DNA of 64,000 bases from Leucoraja erinacea (Eukaryota), in NCBI RefSeq assembly GCF_028641065.1, contig NC_073384.1:10292001-10356000 (forward strand). Direction: 5' to 3'. A model generated the notes under the pieces. It was not told the DNA's origin, searched no databases, and saw nothing but the letters and a program-made list of their open reading frames with translations. Every line of letters begins with the position of its first letter. Position 1 is the stretch's first letter. Both the position numbers and the translations under genes were made by a program. Shown here in pieces: positions 12,307 through 23,764 of this stretch.

Positions 12307-13515
12307 TAACAATCGGTTTATTGTTTCATTGAGGTTGTTTTATTATTCATACATTTGTCGTATTGCTTGTTTTGCAATTTTTAATTATTGACTATTTTAT
12401 TTTTTCTTTCCTGTAAAGCACCTTGAATTGCTGTTTGCACGAATGGTGCTATACAAATAAACTTGCCTTGCCTTGCCTTGTCTTGCCTAAAGGTCAGGAA
12501 GTCCAGAAGCCATTTGAACATGGAGGGCCCAAGGCCAAGGTCCAGAAGTTTGGGGATGATCTTATTTGGTATTACAGTGTTGATTCATTCCTCCATCCAA
12601 TACGTCGTGGCCCAATATCTTGTAATTCACTTGATATGGTCATAAGGTCATAAGTGATAGGAGCAGAATTAGGCCATTCAGCACATCAAGTCTATTCTGC
12701 CATTCAATCATGGCTGATCTATCTCTCCCTCTGAACAGCATTCTCCTGCCTTCTGCCCATAACCTCTGACACCCGTACTAATCAAGAATCTATCTATCTT
12801 GGCTTTAAAAATGTGTCACTTCTCCCAAATTATAATTAAAACATAAAGTACATGAAACTGATTGTGTTGATGCACATATATCATTGGGATTATCAAGTGG
12901 ACACCTCCCTTCACTGGTGTTTCGTTGAGTTAAGCCAAGAGCACCTCGGGAAAGCTCAATCCAGTATCCGACTCACAAGGTCAAACTGAAAGGTGGTTTA
13001 CACAGTATAAACCCCCCTGCAGTGATTATATGTGATTCCAGGGTCTGTTTCCACTCTACAGGCATAATTAAGATTGTCCCATTATATACTCTCAGCGGTA
13101 TGTGGGAAAATACGTCTTTCACTGAATCTTAAGTCAGAATCTCTTCTAGGTTGAAGAAAACAAACAGTATTAAAATGGTATGCGAGGGCTGTGAACTGCA
13201 AATGCTATTTTTGTAACTACGTATCTTTGAGGTTGCTTTCAGCCGATCATGAAGAAAACACGCCGGGGCTACTAAATTGTGGCTCTGAGACACATATGGT
13301 TTTGGTTTGGATGGCATGGTAATCATTTCACGTTTTATTTCTGAGACCTCATGGCATGGCGAAGTGTGGAATTTCATGTCCTCTGGGAATGCAGGCAATG
13401 TTAAAGAGCACAAACATTTTTGGCAGATGTATCGATTTGGAAGAAAAATATTAAACCCTGTTTACAAAAAACCGATATATATATATAGTTTTTTTTAAAA
13501 GGGCTTAGTTTCAAA

Positions 13516-14170
13516 GCGGACGGTCGATCCATCTCGAGGCTTTCCAGGTGAGTGCCCTCGAGCTTGAAGGTCGAAGACACTCTTCTGGACTCACGGATTA
13601 GGTCGCCCAAGTGGGACAGCCCCTTAACTCTCCTTCATGTTCGAGAGTAGTCCCGTGTACTCGAGGCCTCAGCTAGGTCGCGGCATATTTTTCAACATGT
13701 CTAAAAATGCCCACGAGTAAAAAAAGGTCGCCATGGAAAAAATCAATACTTTTTTTATTCGTAGGTTTAGTTGAAGTAGGTCGTAGTAGGTCGGCATGTT
13801 ATTCGTAGGTAATCGAGGGTAGCCGAAGGTAATCGAAGGTAGTCGAATGTAGTCGTAGATAGTCTTCAACATAGTTGAAGGGAGGTCCAAGGAGATCGAA
13901 GGAGGTCGTCTTCACTCTCCACTATTCGGTGTCGAACTTTCCCGATGTTAGTCGTAGGTAGTCGTAGCTAGTTGAAGCTTGTCTTCAACATAGACGAAGG
14001 AGGTTGAAGGAGGTCTTCTGCATAGTCGAAGGAGGTCTTCAACATGACATTTTTTCAAACTCTCCTAAACACATCTAAACTCGACAATTAGGTCGCCCAA
14101 GTGGGACAGCCCCTTAACACTATCGACGACTACCTTTGACTACCTTCGATTACCTTTGACTACCTTCAAT
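13516..14170. repeat. Second, direct copy of the 7327-7898 repeat
   Basis: Colinear with 7327-7898 starting at GCGGACGGTCGATCCA. GTGGGACAGCCCCTTAAC occurs at ~13611 and ~14101. Confidence 0.75.
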
Positions 14171-14192
14171 TGCCTTTGATTGTTTGTGTGTG

Positions 14193-14551
14193 NNNNNNNN
14201 NNNNNNNNNNNNNNNNNNNNNNNNNNNNNNNNNNNNNNNNNNNNNNNNNNNNNNNNNNNNNNNNNNNNNNNNNNNNNNNNNNNNNNNNNNNNNNNNNNNN
14301 NNNNNNNNNNNNNNNNNNNNNNNNNNNNNNNNNNNNNNNNNNNNNNNNNNNNNNNNNNNNNNNNNNNNNNNNNNNNNNNNNNNNNNNNNNNNNNNNNNNN
14401 NNNNNNNNNNNNNNNNNNNNNNNNNNNNNNNNNNNNNNNNNNNNNNNNNNNNNNNNNNNNNNNNNNNNNNNNNNNNNNNNNNNNNNNNNNNNNNNNNNNN
14501 NNNNNNNNNNNNNNNNNNNNNNNNNNNNNNNNNNNNNNNNNNNNNNNNNNN
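14193..14551. other. Assembly gap
   Basis: Run of N. Confidence 1.
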
Positions 14552-14903
14552 CGTGAAAATTATCCTCAGGTACAATCTACTTTGCAAAAAATAAGTTACA
14601 TTCTCATTCCCGGGCTAGATGGTTAAATATAGCGAGCACAGCTGTTTCGGCTCCGGATGGATTAAAAATGCACAGTTCCCACGACCTCGGCGATAAGGAT
14701 CGCAGGAGTAGGGGGATAATGTTAGCTCGGGGCACCACTTCCCCAGCGCTGCCTCCTCCTCCGCGTCCACATTTGCAAAACTCCGTTCGTTTAACGCTAA
14801 ATGCCTGAAGCTGCTTCGCTCCCTGAGGCTGCTTCGCTCGACGTGAGCCCACGTTAACCTGTGCAGCGGAATTCTGACAGTTTCGCACACTGAGATCACA
14901 CTT

Positions 14904-15427
14904 CTTTCTTTTTTTTTTCCGTGGGAAACTATTTTATTTTATCCTTTTCATACACTTATGTTATTGGAGCAACCGCGGACTGGGACCTTTGAACAGACAC
15001 ACGGGTGTGGTATTTGGCCAGATGACCAGTAAACTCCTGATAAGGAGCCTTGCTAAACACAGAAAGTCTCTTTCCAAAGATCGGGGGGTCAGTTAGCTGT
15101 AACATGGCATCGAAGGTAGCTTTAGCGAAGTTACCCATTGTGGCCGTGCAGCCTCTGGCGAAGGTGTAGCAATCACGGATACCAGCCATGCAGCAGTTTC
15201 TTGGGTACAGGGGCTGAGACTGACTATACCATTAGTCCAGTACCACGGCGAGCAGGGATCAGACAGACCAAAACGGAACCACATCGGCCAGTCACCTTGC
15301 AAGATACAGTGTGGGTTTTGCCAACCCTGTTACCCCAGGAATGATGGACAGTTTTGCCAGAATGATGCCCCCTCGAATGGCAGTGGCCATTTCCTTTGAG
15401 CATTTGACGCCCAACCCACCCAATGTT
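14904..15427 (-). pseudogene. RPS2: 5'-truncated processed pseudogene of ribosomal protein S2 (uS5)
   Basis: Fragments [58 protein letters not shown] and [28 protein letters not shown]...[20 protein letters not shown] lie in shifting frames with no introns. They are followed on the minus strand by AATAAA (~14934-14939) and a poly(A) remnant (T-run ~14904-14918). Confidence 0.9.
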
Positions 15428-16111
15428 CCTAGCTGGAATCAATGATCAGAAGACACTGCCCTTTCTTGAGGGGGTAGGAAAGAACTGCAGATGATGATTT
15501 GAATCGAAGAAAGACACAAAATGCTAGAATAACTCATCGGGACAGGCCGCATCTTTGGAGAGATGTTTCGGGTCGAGACCATTCTCCCTTCTCTCCGGAG
15601 ATGCTGTCTGTCCCGCGGAGTTACTCCAGCATTTTGTGTCTACCTTACTTGAGGGGGGTTTGCGATGAGGCAAAGCGCTAGATGAGAAAAAGTGTGCTTG
15701 AACTTTTCAAGTGCATCTTCGCTGGAATGTTAAAGATGAAGGAATGTTGACATTGTAACTCCCAAGTGACTTCTTGGCGGTTTCCGCTAGTTTCTGTTTA
15801 AGGGCCGTGGGACAATCGCATCTAGTAACACGGCTGCGGGAATCTGAGAACCCAAGGGGGTGGGGGTGGGGGGTGGGGGGGAGGGGGAAGAGAAATAAAA
15901 GTACATCTGGAAAATATACAGCTCCGCCATCTCCGGCGTGTTGGCCACCTGGATCCGCGGACTGGTTGCGCTTGTGAAGATGTTACTCTGAAGAAGCCGA
16001 AACGCCACCCACTCGTTTCCTCCTGAGATGCTGCCTGTCCCGCAGAGCTACTCCAGCTTGTTGTGTCTACCTTCGGTTTAAACCAGCATCTGGAGATCTT
16101 TGTTACACAAG

Positions 16112-17833
16112 ATGCTGCTGCTGCTGCTGCTGCTGTTGATGCTCGGCTCGTTGTCCGCGGTGACTGGGAACCTGCCTCTGCCCTCTCACACGCTGTGCGT
16201 GGCCGATGCGTGTTACACGGCATATCTGCACAGGAAGACCTTCCACCCAGCCTCGGAAAGTTGCAAATACAACGGAGGCAAACTGGCCACCGTCGGGGAC
16301 GCCGGCGAAGACGAGCTGATCCACCGACTCTTGTCCGGGTTCCCCGCCGGCCGGCGGGCGAAGAGTAGGTTCTGGCTGGGGCTGCATCTACCCCCGAGGC
16401 ACTGCTACCAACACCACCGGCCGCTGAGAGGCTTCCAGTGGACGGCCGGGGGAGGGGAGACGGCTTATTCCAACTGGGCGAGGGAGCCTTTGAGCACTTG
16501 CACGGCGCACAGGTGCGTCCACCTAGTGAACAGCTCCAGCCCCGGCGGCGCCAACTACAAGTGGATGGACGGGTCCTGCAGCCACGCTATGGACGGTTAC
16601 CTGTGCAAGTTCAGCTTCAGGGGTATGTGCCCGCGGGTGGAGCTGGGCGGCCCGGGCTCGGTCACCTACACCCCGCCGTTTAGGGCCGAGATCCTCTCCT
16701 CGCCTCTCATCCCCTTCGGTTCCCTGGCGGTCGTATCGTGCGCCGTGGGCTCGCCTGCCCAGGTCTACATGCTGTGCGTGGAACTGGAGCCTCAGAGTTA
16801 CGGCTGGTCGAAGAACGGCTCCTTCTGTCTCCCCGCTTCGGGCTGCGACCTGGACAACGGCGGGTGCGCTCAGATCTGCGTGAGCGGAGAAGGGGGAGAC
16901 GGTGGTGGTGGTGGGGCAGGAGGAGATAGCCACCGGTGCCAGTGCAAGGCTGGGTACCAGCTGGAAGCAGACCAACGCTCCTGTGAGCCGCGGGACCCGT
17001 GCAAGGGCCACCAGTGCCAATTCCAGTGCGTGGGCCACCTGTTGGAGTACCAGTGCGTCTGCCCGTCGGGCTACCGGTTGGCCGGAGACGGACGCAATTG
17101 CGTGGACCTGGACGAGTGCGCCGGTCGCCCCTGCCACCACACCTGCCTCAACACCGACGGTTCCTACCGGTGCCAGTGCAGAGCCGGCTACCGGCTCCAA
17201 GCAGGCGCTCGCTCCTGCGCCGATATCGACGAGTGCGCGTCCAGCCCCTGCCATGGGACTTGCTCCAACACGATGGGCAGCTTCGAGTGTTCCTGCAGTC
17301 CGGGGAGCAAGCTGGGGCAAGACGGAGTGAGCTGTCTCCCGACTGACCGGGCCACCACCCCCCACATCTCGGCCACCACGGTGGGAGACCGGAGTCCCAC
17401 AACACTCGCTCCTCTGGTGCTCCACGCTGTTGACTCGGCCACCCCTCGCCCTGGGACCTCCTCCGCTCAGCCAGAAGAAACCAGAGGTCGTCTCAGGCTC
17501 AGCAGCTTGGCGGCGGAGACGCGTGGCCCGGGCTTGTCCGCCGTTACTTCTCCCAGCTGGGACGGGGACCAGATCCAGGACCGCTCCCCCGGCCTGTCGT
17601 GGTTCCTGAGGGGCGCGCTGGTCTCTGTCGCCGTCCTCCTGCTAGTGCTGTGCGCGGTGGGGTTCACCCTGTGCCTTCGCCACCGGCTGCTCAAGAAGAA
17701 AGAGAGCAACGCCGGGGACTACTACAGCTGGGTTGAAGCGGCGGGACAATCCAAATTCAGGGCTCCGTATGTCAAGTGCAGCCGCTCAAGGGACAACTAC
17801 ATCGAGATCGAAGCCAGTCAAACCGAAGTATAG
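16112..17833 (+). CDS. CD93: CD93 (C1qR1)-like group XIV C-type lectin receptor, single ORF, 573 aa
   Basis: First ATG is at 16112 (the ORF-track start at 16100 is TTG). Domains in order: poly-Leu signal peptide, C-type lectin domain (FWLGL, YSNW, C-x-DGYLC), sushi-like segment, 4 EGF repeats (two Ca-binding, DLDEC/DIDEC), S/T/P-rich stalk, TM helix. The cytoplasmic KKKESNAGDYYSWVE resembles the CD93 tail. Lies upstream of THBD on the same strand, as in human. Confidence 0.9.
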   Translation: MLLLLLLLLMLGSLSAVTGNLPLPSHTLCVADACYTAYLHRKTFHPASESCKYNGGKLATVGDAGEDELIHRLLSGFPAGRRAKSRFWLGLHLPPRHCYQHHRPLRGFQWTAGGGETAYSNWAREPLSTCTAHRCVHLVNSSSPGGANYKWMDGSCSHAMDGYLCKFSFRGMCPRVELGGPGSVTYTPPFRAEILSSPLIPFGSLAVVSCAVGSPAQVYMLCVELEPQSYGWSKNGSFCLPASGCDLDNGGCAQICVSGEGGDGGGGGAGGDSHRCQCKAGYQLEADQRSCEPRDPCKGHQCQFQCVGHLLEYQCVCPSGYRLAGDGRNCVDLDECAGRPCHHTCLNTDGSYRCQCRAGYRLQAGARSCADIDECASSPCHGTCSNTMGSFECSCSPGSKLGQDGVSCLPTDRATTPHISATTVGDRSPTTLAPLVLHAVDSATPRPGTSSAQPEETRGRLRLSSLAAETRGPGLSAVTSPSWDGDQIQDRSPGLSWFLRGALVSVAVLLLVLCAVGFTLCLRHRLLKKKESNAGDYYSWVEAAGQSKFRAPYVKCSRSRDNYIEIEASQTEV

Positions 17834-18179
17834 ACCAGAGAGAGACCTATTCAATAAACCAGAACCACCCATATGTGCTCACCTCAAGAGCTCGTATCTT
17901 GCACACCCGGCTGCAGCTTCAGAAAGAAAGATAGGCAGGTCTATCCCCTGATGAATTAACTGTCTCTCTCCCCACAGATGCTGCCCGGCCTGCTGAATAT
18001 CTATCACACTTCCATGCCACGATACGATACGATGCCACCACACAGGTACAGGCCATTTGGCCCATCGAGACTACAGTGGCTCTCACAGCGCACCCATCTC
18101 CCCATACCCTACTGTATCTCACACGCTTATCGACTTCCCATTCACCAATCACCCACCACAACGGGGCAAATTGCAGTAA

Positions 18180-18703
18180 CATAGAAAATAGGTGCAAGAG
18201 GAGGCCATTCGGCCCTTCGAGCCATTCATTGTGGTCATGGCTGATCGTCCCCGATCAATAACCCGTGCCTGCCTTCTCCCCATATCCCTTGACTCCACTA
18301 GCCCCAAGAGCTCTATCTAACTCTCTCTTAAATCCATCCAGTGATTTGGCCTCCACTGCCCTCTGTGGCAGGGAATTCCATAAATTCACAACTCTCTGGG
18401 AGAATTTTTTTTTCTCAGCTCAGTCTTAAATGACCTCCCCTTTATTCTAAGACTGTGGCCCCTGGTTCTGGACTCACCCAACATTGGGAACATTTTTCCT
18501 GCATCTAGCTTGTCCAATCCTTTTATAATTTCATATGTTTCTATAAGATAACCCCTCATCCTTCTAAACTCCAGTGATGACAAGCCTAGTCTTTTCAATC
18601 TTTCCTCATATGACAGTCCCGCCATCCCAGGGATCAATCTCGTGAACCTACGCTGCACTGCCTCAATCACAAGGATGTCCTTCCTCAAATTAGGAGACCA
18701 AAA
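18180..18703 (-). mobile_element. CR1/HER1 LINE 3' fragment downstream of CD93
   Basis: FWSPNLRKDILVIEAVQRRFTRLIPGMAGLSYEERLKRLGL. Confidence 0.85.
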
Positions 18704-21700
18704 CGAGTCATACAAAGTGGAAACAGGACCTTTGTGCCCAATATGCCCACGCCGACCAACATACCCCATCTACACTAGTCCCACCTGCCATGTAGCTGTC
18801 TAAATGTTTCTTAAACGTATGAATGTACCTGCCTCAACTACCTCCTCTGGCTGTTCATTCAATATACCTACCACCCTCTAAGTGCTTATGTATAGTGATA
18901 CGTACTGAACTGTATACATCAATTAATTTCATTGCACCTTGGTACATGTGAGAAATAAAGTAACATAACCATACCATACTCTTTATGTAAAGGAAGTGCC
19001 ACAAAGGTTCCTATTAAATCATACCCCCTCAGCTTATATCCTCTGGTTCTCGGTTCTCCTACTCTGTGTGAGAGACTGCATTTCCCCGATCTATCCCTCT
19101 TATTATTTTGTACATCTCTATAAGATCACCCCTCATCCTTCCATGTTCCAAGGAATAAAGTCCTAGCCAGCTCAACTTCTCCCTATAGCTCAGGCCCTCG
19201 AGTCCAGGCAACATCCTCATAAATCCTTTCTGCACCATTTCCAGCTCAATGTGGCCCTAACTATAAACTACTCAAAATGTGGCCTTAACATTGTCTTGTG
19301 CAACTGTAACATGACCTTCCAACTTCAATGCTCAATAGACCCAAAGTCTAACTCAGTGGGTCAGGCAGCATATCTGGAGAAAAGGGATGGGTGATGTTTT
19401 GGGTCAGAACAATTCACTAGACTGAAAGTCGGGGGGGGGGGGGGGGGGGGGGGACTGAAGGAAGGAAAAGATCAGAACAAAGCAAGGCTGGCAACATATT
19501 GCCTTTTCTTAGAGTGAGTCAGAGTGATACAGCATGGAAACAGGCCCTTCAGCCCAACTTGCTCACACTGGCCAACATGTCCCAGCTACACTAGTCCCAT
19601 CTGTCAGCATTTGGTCCATATCTCTCCAAACCTGTCCTATTCATGTACCTATCTAACTGCTTCTTAAATGTTGGGCTAGTCCCTGCCTAACTACCTCCTC
19701 TGATAGCCTCTTCCATACACCCAACACCCTTTGTGTGAAAATACAATTTTCTTACCTTCAGTTCCTTTCCTTATTTCAGCCTGAAGGTCCCAACCCAAAA
19801 CATCACCCATACTTTGCCTCCAGAGATGCTACCTGACCCACTGAGTTGCTCCATCACTTTGTGTCTATCTTTGATATATACTAGCATCTGCAGTTCCTTT
19901 CTACAGATTGTACACTCAATACACTGATGAAAATCAATGTGCCAAAAGCCTTCTTGATCACCCTATCTATTTGTGATGCCATTTTCAAGGCAGTAGTTGA
20001 TTAACTACACGTATGTGTTTTGGGGTGTGAGGGACATTCCTCCGCAGTCACAGGGAGAACATGCAAACTCCACACAGGCAGCACATTTCTAGAAACACGC
20101 AACTTGCAATTGCAAATGAACCCCAAATCATTTTAATTGTGCCAACTATGGGAAGAGAGTACTTCTGCTTATTCTGTATCTTTTAGACCAGCAATAATCT
20201 ATTTTAACTCAGTAGCAAATCAATGCAAGGGTTCTGGTAGGCCTCAACTCATTATCACCTATCCCACAGCCAACAATGAACCATTGTGGGCTCCACTTTT
20301 CTTTGTTTATCAGTGCTTTCTGCACATCTTTCATTTATTTGTCCTAAGAAGTGTCTGAAGAAGGGGCTTGACCTGAAACATTGCCTATTATTTTTCTCTT
20401 GGGATGCTGCCTGACGTGCTGAGTTGCTCCCGCTTTTGTGAAATATTCATTTGTGTGGCAAATGACACTGGCTCGAACTCTTGTGCAGAATTCTGATGTT
20501 CTTGAGAAACCATACAAAATCTTGATATGTTATAAGTCAGAATTGTTGTTTTAGGTAAAAGTTAATAAAAGCCCATGATAGGAGTATTAAAATATGGTCA
20601 TCATCAATGAACGGTGTTATTGGTTTAATCAACCAAACAGCAAAGATATCACCATCAACTCAAGTAAAACACTATCGGTCTGCACCTTAATACCATGTAG
20701 AGAGGAACTGGTGGTCTGAAGAAGGGATCAATCTGAAACATCACCCATCCTTTGGCTCTAGAGATGCTGCCAGACCCGCTGAGTTACTCCAGCACTTTGT
20801 GCTCATGCACCTTAATACCTGCAGGCTAAATGAAAAATGACCTTCCTTTTATTGTTCCTTATTGCTTCCTTGTAATGTTGAGCAGAGCGGCTAAGGTCTA
20901 AAGAGTCATAGAGCTATAGACTACAGAAACAGGCCCATCAGCCCATCAAATCCATACTAATCCCATACTAATGCCATTTTTCTGCCCGGCCACATTCTTT
21001 TACTCGCTTTCAAATTCAATATAGTTATTTTTCGGAGAGGAAAATTGGGCCTCCTATTTCCCTCGGTAACCACCAAAACGAGGCAGCAAAAATTAAGTCC
21101 TGGCTTCTTGTAAATATTTTCACCAAGAGCAGAAAGATAAACTGTACACATTGCTCCAAAGGGTGGATCCCTGCTTGATGGGAAATCAACTATCCTTGGA
21201 AAAACAATGACAACAATGGTGTAATAATAACAGCTGTCTGCTTTGTACTTTATCATGAGGTTTGCTTCGGCAGGCTGCTGGCATTACTCAGGAAAGGAGC
21301 CCAAGTCTATTATAATATTCTTTAAATAAATAGATACAAAGTGCTGAAGAATCTCAGTGGGTCAGGCAGCATCTCTGGAGAACATGGAACAGTGACATTA
21401 TGGGTCTGGACCCTTCTTCAGACTGAAGTTTTCCTCCTCTCTGCAATGAGAGAGGAGTTCTTTGAAACCCTCGTTCACTGTTCCCCTCCGCTGCTCCCCT
21501 GCACTTTAACTGCACAATCATCTGCCTATACATTAACCTTCACTTGTATCAACCGACTACCTGCCAGGCTTTGCCTTCCAGCTTTCTTCCTGCCCCTCGC
21601 CACTCCTGCAATCAGTCTGAAGAAGGGTCCCAGCCTGAAACGTTACCTGTCCATGGACACAAAATGCTGGAGTAACTCAACAGGGCAGGCAACATCTCTG

Positions 21701-23764
21701 GAGAAAGGGAATAGGTGACATTTTGCGTTGCGACCCTTCTTCAGAGTGAGAGTCAGGGGAGAGGGGAACTAGGGGTATGAAAAGATACAGAGCCAGAGCC
21801 AACACTGATGACTAAGCTAAGGTGGAGCCCACAATGGTCCATTGTTGGCGATGGAAGAGGACGACTAGGGCGGGGGAATGATGGAGAGAGAGGGAGTGCA
21901 AGGGTTATTTGAAATACCTGTCCATGTTCTTCAGTGATGCTGCCTGACCTGCTGAATTACTCCTGCACTTTGTGCCTCTTTTGTAAACCAGCATCTGCAG
22001 TTCTCTGTTTCCCTATTATAAAGCTGATGGATTGAAAAATGCAGGAAGAATGTGTGTTTTTTTTAATGAGTGAGCCTGTGGGCATACTTGTGAAAACATT
22101 TAACATGGAAAATGTAAATGTTCTCAACAGGGTTGCTGGTGATAAGAGAAAATAACAAAAATGTGTAGGTTTTCTTGGTATGTTGCTGTAATTATATATT
22201 TTTAATAAAAGTTTACTTAATCTGCCTTCACCTCATATTCTACTTTGATTTCAGACGAGATATAGAATGAATAAACGCAAAAAGGCAGACATTACAAACA
22301 CTGTATTCCCACAGAGTGTAGATATCAAGGAATTGCTTGGAAACCTACAGCAGGTTGTTTTGTGAAACGGTTTAATGTGAAGTTACAGACCAGACCTGCA
22401 GGTTTGATTCCTGGTTTGTGTTGAGATAATTGATTTCGACTGGTGTAGCTGTTACAATAGTTCTCATCAATAGTGGAAAATGGAAGAGGAAGGTGGAGCG
22501 TGCACCCACATAGTTTGCTAAGAATTTCATTGCCCCGTCCGGGACATATGACAATAAAACACTCTTGACTCTTGGATCACTATTGAGTAACGTCTGATGA
22601 AAAGAAAATTTAATCATTCCAACTTAAGGATGAGACTAGATTCATATCAGCACATCTGCTATTCAAATCTACTCATCAGAAAATGCCACGATCTTACAAA
22701 CCAAGGTGAACAAGAACTTCTGCAATCTTAGGTAACCTCTAACAACCTCTATATCCCCCACACATCTCTTTCTTCCCACCCCCTCCCCTGTGCCCCACCT
22801 AGGCTCACACCAATTTCGACCCTCCCCCCTTCCACCTCCATTCCATCCTCTGGCTTCACAATTCGCAACTCTTTCACCAATTGTCTCGTAGTTATTTTTT
22901 CATTGCTGGCCTTTGTCCAATATCTGCCCATCAAACCCACCCTCTCACCTGCGTTCACCTATTACATGCCACGCTTTGTCCTACTCCTCCTCTCTTCTAA
23001 CTTTCTCCCCCCCCCCCCACGCAGAATCAGTCTGAAAAAGGGTCCTGACCCAAAACGTCACCTATTCATATTCTCCTGGGTTGCTGCCTGACCTGCTGAG
23101 GTTCTCCAGCGCTTGTGACTTTTTTTGTCAACCAGCATCTGCAGTTCCTTTTGTAGGAAGGAACTGCAGATGCTGGTTTACACCGAAGGTAGACAAGAAA
23201 TGCTGGAGAAACTCAGTGGGCCAGGCAGCATCTCTGGAGAGAAAGAATGGGTGACGTTTCGGGTCGAGACCCTTCTTTTTCAGTCTGAGATCCGGGCTTG
23301 ATCCCAATTACGGGTACTGTCTGTATGGAGTTTGCACGTTCTCCCCATGACCTCCTGGGTTTTCTCCGAGATCTTCAGTTTCCTCCCACATTCCGGAGAT
23401 GCATAGGTTTGTAGGTTAATTGTCTTGGTCGAATTGTTCCTGGTGTATGTCGAGTAGCGTTAATGTGCAGGTAAAGCCGAAGGGCCTGTGTCCACACTGT
23501 ATCTCTAAAATTAAAACAAAACTAAAAGCTTTTCACTGTACCTCAGTACACGTGACAATAAACTAAACTGTGCTGTCGACAGCCCACGAAGGAGAAGTAC
23601 CCTGGTTCCCAAAGACAGGCCAATTATCCGAAGTCTTTCCATAGACGAGTGACTAAAGTACTTTGCGTCTTTTTTGTTTGCATTAAAATGTGGATATATT
23701 TGGAAGATGGTACTTGTTGAATGGGGCCACACAAACAGCCCGGATCCTCAGCAATGAAGAGTTT

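Larger units (their letters stand above)
9108..12488 (+). mobile_element. L2-clade LINE 3' fragment (9108-9689 and 12309-12488), split by the Tc1/IS630-like transposon
   Basis: Translates as LKNIARIKGFLSKEDTEKLVHAYIFSRLDYCNG...LQLIQNAAARVLT...HITPVLKSLHWLPV, a typical L2 ORF2 C-terminus. The 3' end TGTAAAGCACCTTGA...CTATACAAATAAAC(TTGCC)n resumes after the transposon. Confidence 0.85.

Noticed and set aside
7327-14117. Direct repeats read as LTRs of a retrotransposon
   Set aside because: No TG...CA ends, PBS, PPT or gag/pol between them; the interior is a mix of unrelated TEs.
14150-14626. ORFs spanning the N run (also at 36866-37331 and 41405-41875)
   Set aside because: Artefacts of assembly gaps.
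16523-17425. 300-aa antisense ORF in CD93, and 317/215/205-aa shadow ORFs in THBD
   Set aside because: Same GC-bias artefact; they fully overlap a well-supported gene.
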